A stretch of DNA of 64,000 nucleotides. It comes from a virus. A model generated the notes under the pieces. It was not told where the DNA came from and did not search any database. It saw nothing but the letters and a program-made list of their open reading frames with translations. Position 1 is the stretch's first letter. Every line of letters starts with the position of its first letter. Of this stretch, positions 57,792 through 64,000 are shown in pieces. The DNA lies in the IMG/VR virus record IMGVR_UViG_3300041809_000308, positions 1-64,000 of that record, one strand, 5' to 3'. The position numbers and the translations under genes are program-made.

Positions 57792-58574
57792 ATGGCAAAT
57801 AGAATTCGCAAGCTTAAACTGGTGGAAAAGGATGGAGTAGTTTACAAGCGATGTTCAGGGTGTGGGCTTCAACCAATATCTAAATTCGGATTCCTGCTCA
57901 AGGGAAAGCTAGGAAGCGACGGGCGGCCTTTTTACACGAGTCAGTGTAAGACATGCCAAAGAATACGCAGAGACCAGTTCCACCCTGAGAGAAAAAAAGA
58001 ATGGAATAGAAAGGCGGTTTACAAACGGCACAACTTGTCGGTCGAACAGTGGGAGGCTCTATTTGAAAAACAAGGAAGGTGTTGTGCTATATGTCGCAGT
58101 TCGACTCCGCGTGGTGGGGGTGACTGGCAAATAGATCATGACCACTCTTGCTGTCCGAGCACCCATACCAACAAAACCAGTTGTGGGAAGTGTGTGCGAG
58201 GCATTGTATGCAGTCTATGCAATCGTGGATTGGGGCTATTTTCTGATGAGCCCAAACTTCTTCGAGCCGCAGCGACTTACCTTGAAACGTACAACACCAG
58301 AGGAGGGATGCCTCTGGAGCAACGTCAAAAAATAGCCGCGCATTGGACCCATGAACGCAAACAGCGACAAGCTGAAATAGCCCGTCGAGTAAACGATGTA
58401 GAAAACAAAAAACTAAATGACTATGTTTGTCCAACCTGTAGCAGGGAGTTCGAGCAAATAACCAAAGGTAGGTATGGAGCCCACCGTAAGGCGTGTCTAC
58501 ATTGGAAACAAGTGGCTGAGGCTCTTGAAGAGGAAATGGGTAAAACACTGGATGAAATTCTCGATACCGTTTAA
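57792..58574 (+). mobile_element. endonuclease VII-family homing endonuclease, inverted relative to the head operon
   Basis: QGRCCAIC...IDHDHSCC...CGKCVRGIVC..CN.GLG.F.D...LL..AATYL. Confidence 0.88.
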
Positions 58575-58632
58575 AAATGCCAGCGATTTTTTGAGATTTT
58601 GAGTATTAGTGGATGAGGGCTAACGCCCGAAT

Positions 58633-59271
58633 TTGTCAAGTCTAGTTGAGGAAAATAAAATGGTAAAACCGCTTAAGTCGGTGGCGCGTCCTGCTGCCCC
58701 CACAAAACCTGCCGAACTACCTTCCGGGATTTTCTACGCTGTTGTGATGTTTGATAGTAGCGAAAGTCTCAAACCCAAAAAAATGTCATCGCGTATCCGC
58801 AATGATTTTGACCACTATGTTGTAGTGAACTCATCTCCCGCTGGGTGGGCGTTAGATGATGTGCCTACATTGTTTACCACTCTCGCTAAAGCACAGAATG
58901 TGAAGACAATTGTCGCTCTTGACTATGAAGACACAGAATCCGTGCAAGTGTTCATTCAAACTTTTCGTCTTGTTGAATCCAATTGGAGCCCCGGAGCAGA
59001 TACTTGGACCACCCGTCGTCATGATGCATGTGATATGGCAGAAGGCGTCATGGCTTATGACAAAACTGCGGAACAAGTAAAAAAGTTGGCAGGTAAGGTA
59101 CTGACGATTCTTGATGCTGCTTACGTGAATGACAATCAGAACAAGGCCGTGAAGGATTTAGTTAAATCCAGCTTCCGCTCTCAATTGTCGGATATGTGGA
59201 AAATAGCGTACGCCGATCCGAATAGCGATTGCAGCGAAGGGGTCTGTCAGAAGGACATTCTGGACGACTAA
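58633..59271 (+). CDS. hypothetical protein (start probably ATG 58660)
   Basis: GAGG RBS before MVKPL; GAGTATTA motif upstream; ends at a bidirectional terminator. Confidence 0.7.
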   Translation: MSSLVEENKMVKPLKSVARPAAPTKPAELPSGIFYAVVMFDSSESLKPKKMSSRIRNDFDHYVVVNSSPAGWALDDVPTLFTTLAKAQNVKTIVALDYEDTESVQVFIQTFRLVESNWSPGADTWTTRRHDACDMAEGVMAYDKTAEQVKKLAGKVLTILDAAYVNDNQNKAVKDLVKSSFRSQLSDMWKIAYADPNSDCSEGVCQKDILDD

Positions 59272-59275
59272 AATC

Positions 59276-59302
59276 AAAAGCCCCCGGCGAACCGGGGGCT
59301 TT
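59276..59302. terminator. bidirectional intrinsic terminator
   Basis: AAAAGCCCCCGG-CGAA-CCGGGGGCTTT between convergent genes. Confidence 0.88.
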
Positions 59303-59327
59303 GAGTTATGTATGGATGTAATGTAAG

Positions 59328-61697
59328 TTAGTCTTCGTCCTTGCCGAAGAGTGCCTCGCCGACATCGAACTTGTTGGCAGATGCAATCTTGCTGTCAGAC
59401 GCTGCGGTGGTCTTGATCTTCTTCAACACAGCAGCCTTTGGCTTTTCAAGCTGATTCACGCTGTCCTGAGGAGTGCGCTTTGCACCCTGCTCTTCAGGAG
59501 TAATGTCCTTGATCGTCTCCGCCCACAGAGTGTTAGAGTGGTCGGATTCGTTGTCACGGTCGTCACTGGTGGCTTCATCCTGCTTGAAGTGCTCGGCAGC
59601 TTCGCTGAAGGACTCAACAACTTCCATACCAGCGACCTGTTCAGCGGTCTTCAAACTACCAATGAGTGCAGCCAGTGGGTCGCCGTCAGCGCCCTGCATG
59701 GAGAACATGTTGTGCATGTCAGCCATACCGTCGTCGTCCAAGGAAGCTTCGAGTGAGGAGGCAGCGGAAGGAGCGAAGAAGTCATCCTCTTCACCAGCTT
59801 GCTTCTCGTCGCCTTCGTTCGCAAGAGATGCAGCCTTGTCTTCCATATCACCCTCATTGAACACTTGGGAGAAGTCGAGTTCCTGACCCTCTTCGCCGGG
59901 GACCTCTTCGCCTTCGATGTCATCCAGACCTTCGAGACCTTCAAGGCCCTCTTCTTCGCCTTCCAACTTGGCGAGGTCGAGTTCCTCTTCGCCCTCTGAG
60001 AGGATTTCGGACTCGATAGCCTTGATAGCGGCCTGAGCCTCGTCAATCTTCTCTTCGAGAACTTGCTTCTTCTCATCGGTCAGAATTTCAGTTGCTTCAG
60101 CTTCGGGGTTACCCTCAACTGGAGGAGGCAACTCAGCCGGTGCTTCTTCAGCCAGAGGAGCCTCAACTGGGGCTTCTTCAGCAGCCGGGGCTTCAACTGG
60201 AGCCTCTTCGCCTTCAGCCGGTGGGAAGTCAGCCTTCTTGGCATTGGCGTGCTTGTCGCACTTCTTGCCGTCCTTGCAGTCAGCACAAGACGCTTCCTTC
60301 TTCTTGCACTCGGGGCAACCCTTGCAGTCCTTACCGTCGCACTTTGCGGCAGCAGCCTTCTCGGTCTTGCCATCGGACAAGTTTTGTGTCTGACCCGGCT
60401 TCTCGCCAGCATCAGGACGTTCGCCAGCCTTGGAGGCATCAAGTTCCTTGGGCTCTGTGTGAGTCCCGCCGCCGCAGCCACGACCATCATTGTAAGTGCC
60501 TTCCTGAGGACCGGCGTCCTTGCGGTCGTCGGCAACCTTGCCAGCATTCTTCGCATCGCCCTTGACTTCGCTGGAGACAGCCTTTTTCTCAGCATTCAAG
60601 ATAGACGGGTCTTCAAGCAGGTCATTCATTTCGACCTTGTGAACTTCCTTGAAGGTTTCCGCGACCTTGGTATAGTGGGCGTTGATAGCAGTCTGACGAA
60701 GGGCCGCCTTGAGCACCTTTGTCGAGTTAGAGAGTAAAGAAGCCGCGAACGCCTTCTTTACATCATCGGGGGCTGTCGGGAGCATAGTCTTGGCGATAGT
60801 CCACGCGGATGCCACACGGGTCTTGGCCTCCTTAGTAATCGCCTCCCGCTTGTTCTTAGCCTCGGCAAGCTTCTCCTTCAGTGAGGGCTTGGTAGGTTGA
60901 TTTGCCATGTGAGTATCGCCTTTCTTCAAGTCAGAGGAGTCCTTAGACCCCTTCTTATCTTGGAGTTCATAGTTGGTTTTTTCATTGATTTTTGCGTTTT
61001 TGGTGCTTGCCATCGGTGCCGCAAGGGGCTCAGCCGGGGGAGCAGATGCCTCAATGGGCGGCTCGGTGGTTGGCGGGGCAAGTGTTTCATCAACTCCAAC
61101 ACCGGCATCTGCCGGAACTTCAGGAGTTGACAGAGGGGCCGGAGCGCCCGGAACCTCAGGAGTCATAGGTGGAGGGGGAACCATAGGTGCTCCCATTGGC
61201 TCAGACGAGGCTCCATCTGCGATAGTTGCAAACTGTTGGTCGAGAGAGTTCAACTCGGATTGGATGTCATCGCTCCAACCACCACCCTTAAACTTTTCCC
61301 ATTCGGAGATAAGTTGAACACGCTCACGCATGGAGCGAATCTCTTGTTCGAGTTCTTCGCGCTTATCGGAGAGGAGGTCAAACTGCTCACCGATACCAGA
61401 GTCCATCATGCCATCCATGGGGGCTTCGGCGTCGAGGTCAGCGAACTGTTCGTCAAGTGCGTCCAACTCAGCAAACTTCTGCTTGATGTTCGCAATGATT
61501 CGAAGGACTGCCGTGTCTGCTGCTTCTTTTTTCATGTTAGCCATTGCTTGTTTTCCTTCTTGGCCCTGTTCAGATTTGTTAACTCCATAATCTTCAGGAA
61601 CCACGAGTTTGCCATGGCAAACACCACATTGCTTCTTTTGGTCCTGAAAATTGGTACAACCAGTCCCTCGACATTGAGGACATTCTTTATTAGCCAT
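59328..61697 (-). CDS. prohead scaffold/core protein (acidic, coiled coil; N-terminal CxxCxGxG finger)
   Basis: Located between protease and decoration/MCP; very Glu/Asp/Ala-rich; more than 10 KxA motifs; start MANKEC at 61697. Confidence 0.7.
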   Translation of the reverse strand: MANKECPQCRGTGCTNFQDQKKQCGVCHGKLVVPEDYGVNKSEQGQEGKQAMANMKKEAADTAVLRIIANIKQKFAELDALDEQFADLDAEAPMDGMMDSGIGEQFDLLSDKREELEQEIRSMRERVQLISEWEKFKGGGWSDDIQSELNSLDQQFATIADGASSEPMGAPMVPPPPMTPEVPGAPAPLSTPEVPADAGVGVDETLAPPTTEPPIEASAPPAEPLAAPMASTKNAKINEKTNYELQDKKGSKDSSDLKKGDTHMANQPTKPSLKEKLAEAKNKREAITKEAKTRVASAWTIAKTMLPTAPDDVKKAFAASLLSNSTKVLKAALRQTAINAHYTKVAETFKEVHKVEMNDLLEDPSILNAEKKAVSSEVKGDAKNAGKVADDRKDAGPQEGTYNDGRGCGGGTHTEPKELDASKAGERPDAGEKPGQTQNLSDGKTEKAAAAKCDGKDCKGCPECKKKEASCADCKDGKKCDKHANAKKADFPPAEGEEAPVEAPAAEEAPVEAPLAEEAPAELPPPVEGNPEAEATEILTDEKKQVLEEKIDEAQAAIKAIESEILSEGEEELDLAKLEGEEEGLEGLEGLDDIEGEEVPGEEGQELDFSQVFNEGDMEDKAASLANEGDEKQAGEEDDFFAPSAASSLEASLDDDGMADMHNMFSMQGADGDPLAALIGSLKTAEQVAGMEVVESFSEAAEHFKQDEATSDDRDNESDHSNTLWAETIKDITPEEQGAKRTPQDSVNQLEKPKAAVLKKIKTTAASDSKIASANKFDVGEALFGKDED

Positions 61698-62337
61698 TGA
61701 GAGCCTCACTATATGTGTACGGTATTTGAATTTCTCTATTCTTAGCCGCGACACTCATCTTTTTTCGAGTCTCTTTTGAAAAAGGGGCACGACCGAGTAC
61801 CCACCCTTGCTCCTTAAAAACAGGGAGTTCCTCAACTTTGATACAACGAGTTTCCTGAGTTGAAGGGTTGAATACCCACTTCGTTCCAAACATGCCATTG
61901 ATGCTACCGACCAACTTCTTCCCATTCTTGCGTAGCTGTTCTATAACTTCAAACTTGTGCTGTTTTCCGAGAAATGGATGGGGATTATTCTCATGCCATG
62001 CTTTTCTGGCGTCACTCATTTTCCTACGAGTCGTATCAGTAGGAACGAGCCCGTCTCCTCCAAGAGTGGAATTGTACCCCTTATCTGAGTCGGAGGATTG
62101 ATATTGCTTAATGAGTTCAATCTCAAGCTGGGATAGCTCCTCTGATGTCTCAACTTTACCCAGCACCTGTACTTCGAAAGCAGCGGGACCGTACTTTCGA
62201 ATAGCGTTGTAAAAGTAGTAGGGCTTTCCTTGTTTGGCGTTATCCAAATGCTGTTGCCAACGCCGCTTCAATGAGAGTTTAGTCTTACCAACATAGACCT
62301 TTCCATTGACCTTGTTTGTAATGAGGTACACTATCAT
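61690..62337 (-). mobile_element. GIY-YIG homing endonuclease
   Basis: IVYLITNKVNGKVYVGKT, GYNSTLGGDG, NGMFGTKWVFN, ETRKKMS. Confidence 0.9.
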
Positions 62338-63209
62338 CGCCCATCCTCATCCAACCAAGAGTCTATAACTGGTAAAGAAGACGCCGCCTTTGCAAAAACA
62401 CCCTTCATGTAGGCATGTCCGCCTTCCGTGCTGGCTGCTTTGCGCGTGTATGGAGTCTTCGGTCCGACCCATTCATCTGAGACGATTGACCGTTTCGCTG
62501 CACCGGGGAAGGCCGGAGTTGCTACCCACGACGCTTCCACGAACTTTACACCACCGTTGGATAGAGTCTTGTGACCGCACAATTCGGCGACACGACGGGA
62601 GATGCCGTCGTCATCCACAAGGAAAGTACCCTTATTGAAATTCAGGTGGTGACAATATGTACTCTGGTCGGTAACACGAGCCCCACAAAAGGAACAGATA
62701 ACGAGGTCGGTTACACAGCCCATGGAAAGATACCGGACATGACCCTCACGAATGTCGTTGACCAACTTATCGTGAGCAAGATCGGTGGCAACGAGAATGT
62801 CACAAAAGTACACCCAACATTCCGGTCCAGCAATTTGAATCTTGCGGAGGACAGCATCGAGGATGTGACCCTTGGCGTACTTGGAATTCTGAAAGTGTTC
62901 AACGAAGTTGAAAGCACCGACGAATGAACGATGGGAAAGGCGGAGAACTTCGTTCGTCCATGCGTCATCGTTGTTGTTCACGAGATGGCTGCACTCGGGC
63001 TTGATGAGATAATCAAACGGCTCTTCTTCAGTTTGTACCGACGCCATGATAGTGCAGTGACTCAACAAATACTTACTGGAGTCGGCTGAGATTTTATTGA
63101 AAGCAGCAGTCTTGTGTCCGAATGTATGAACACCGTACATCTTGCCCCACTCTGTCACACTGAGTGTAGGCTCTTGAAGTTCGGCATTTGCTGTTTTCTT
63201 GAAAGCCAT
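62334..63209 (-). CDS. prohead (capsid maturation) serine protease with zinc-ribbon insert
   Basis: NNNDDAW, FVEH...KG.ILDA, LSMGC (catalytic Ser), CSFCG...CHH, FVEASWVATPAFPGA: HK97/herpes-type protease pattern. Confidence 0.85.
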   Translation of the reverse strand: MAFKKTANAELQEPTLSVTEWGKMYGVHTFGHKTAAFNKISADSSKYLLSHCTIMASVQTEEEPFDYLIKPECSHLVNNNDDAWTNEVLRLSHRSFVGAFNFVEHFQNSKYAKGHILDAVLRKIQIAGPECWVYFCDILVATDLAHDKLVNDIREGHVRYLSMGCVTDLVICSFCGARVTDQSTYCHHLNFNKGTFLVDDDGISRRVAELCGHKTLSNGGVKFVEASWVATPAFPGAAKRSIVSDEWVGPKTPYTRKAASTEGGHAYMKGVFAKAASSLPVIDSWLDEDGR

Positions 63210-63213
63210 AAGT

Positions 63214-63795
63214 TTACTCTACTGTAGATAGCTGTAGTTGAAATTTTCCTGCTCTACACAGAAAATTTATGAACTGAGCGTAGGGCACGTTGCTCTTTGC
63301 CTTCTGACATTCCTTGCAACAAGAGACCACATTATCGGGTGTGTATCCCAAGTCGCTATCCTTGCGGTCAATCCCGTTATAGTGAAACTCACCAAAACTG
63401 GTATGTGTAGAATGCACGTTTGTTGGGGCTTGACCACAGTAGTGACAATTACCCGAGGTCAAGCAATCAAATAACTCTTCAGTCAGTAACCATGGGCGAC
63501 CGGCTATATGGGCGTTTCGCTTATAGCGAGAGAGAATGGAGTTCCTTGATGACCTACCCGACTTCAAGGGCCTACCTCGATAGCAACCACAACTCTTGGT
63601 GTTCCCGTTCAACAATGCTGAACACCGAACTTGGGTGCTCTCACCACAATCACACCTACACAACCAGACCCCTTCTTTTCTTCCTGAGTCCTTGGTGATA
63701 ACTACCCGGTGTACCGCAACCAATCTGCCAAACCTCTGTTCAGTTAAATCAACCGACGGTTTTCTTCCTTCTCTTGGCATCGACTTATCCTCCAT
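63214..63795 (-). mobile_element. HNH homing endonuclease (start probably ATG 63780)
   Basis: DLT.QRFGRL...WLCRCDCG...TKSCGC plus CHYCG...NGIDRKDS..GYT.DNVVSCC..C..AK. Confidence 0.85.
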
Positions 63796-63830
63796 ACTAA
63801 GGATTGAATAGTCGAAAAATTAGTCATGAC

Positions 63831-63998
63831 CTATATGGCAAAAAAGCATCCGCAAGCGAGACACTCAACCAAGCTACCATCCTCTTGATTCGTATTTTGC
63901 AATTTTTTTACGTCCTGACCATGGCACGCAGGGCAAGCCAGATTGACGCCTTCCTCAGTTTGCATGGCGGTTTTACTGGCATAAATGTCCTGCTTCTT
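63831..63998 (-). CDS. C-terminal zinc-ribbon module of a gene extending beyond the window
   Basis: KKQDIYASKTAMQTEEGVNLACPACHG...VECLACGCFFAI*; again preceded by KTA. Confidence 0.65.
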   Translation of the reverse strand, partial: KKQDIYASKTAMQTEEGVNLACPACHGQDVKKLQNTNQEDGSLVECLACGCFFAI

Positions 63999-64000
63999 GT

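Noticed and set aside
1-64000. Stop-codon reassignment, as seen in some large phages
   Set aside because: Genes are long and tile densely in the standard code, and TAG, TGA and TAA all terminate complete genes.

Overview
This is a 64-kb segment of a large tailed phage (jumbo-phage-like) genome using the standard genetic code. The host is probably Gram-negative, inferred from a candidate spanin pair. The left part (1-9.3 kb) holds accessory and DNA-metabolism genes: DUF4326, NADAR, SNF2 helicase, glycosyltransferase, RimI-like GNAT and a metallophosphoesterase. The 9.4-34.6 kb block on the + strand encodes polyvalent proteins (437, 1667, 2300 and 3853 aa) built from about 50 short modules. By eye these are about 20 ADP-ribosyltransferase-like domains, 5 GNATs, 2 ParB/Srx, 3 papain-like, 2 zincins, an InPase, an alpha/beta-hydrolase and a cyclic-phosphate receiver domain. 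Nearly every module is delimited by a K-x-A(A/S) motif, mostly KTA. The same motif punctuates the prohead protease, scaffold and other head-region proteins, suggesting capsid-packaged polyproteins cut by the head-maturation protease into an injected effector arsenal. The 34.6-41 kb block (- strand) carries two Mom-superfamily GNAT genes and a PD-(D/E)XK-like gene around a non-canonical tRNA-Gly, a candidate tRNA-fed DNA hypermodification system. It also carries a cluster of five structured non-coding RNAs under its own promoter, including a tRNA with an expanded anticodon arm. The 41-64 kb block (mostly - strand) is virion morphogenesis: tailspike, DUF2793 fibre, major capsid, decoration, scaffold and prohead protease. 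Eight free-standing homing-endonuclease-type genes are scattered across the window. All assignments are from motif recognition by eye; no database searches were run.
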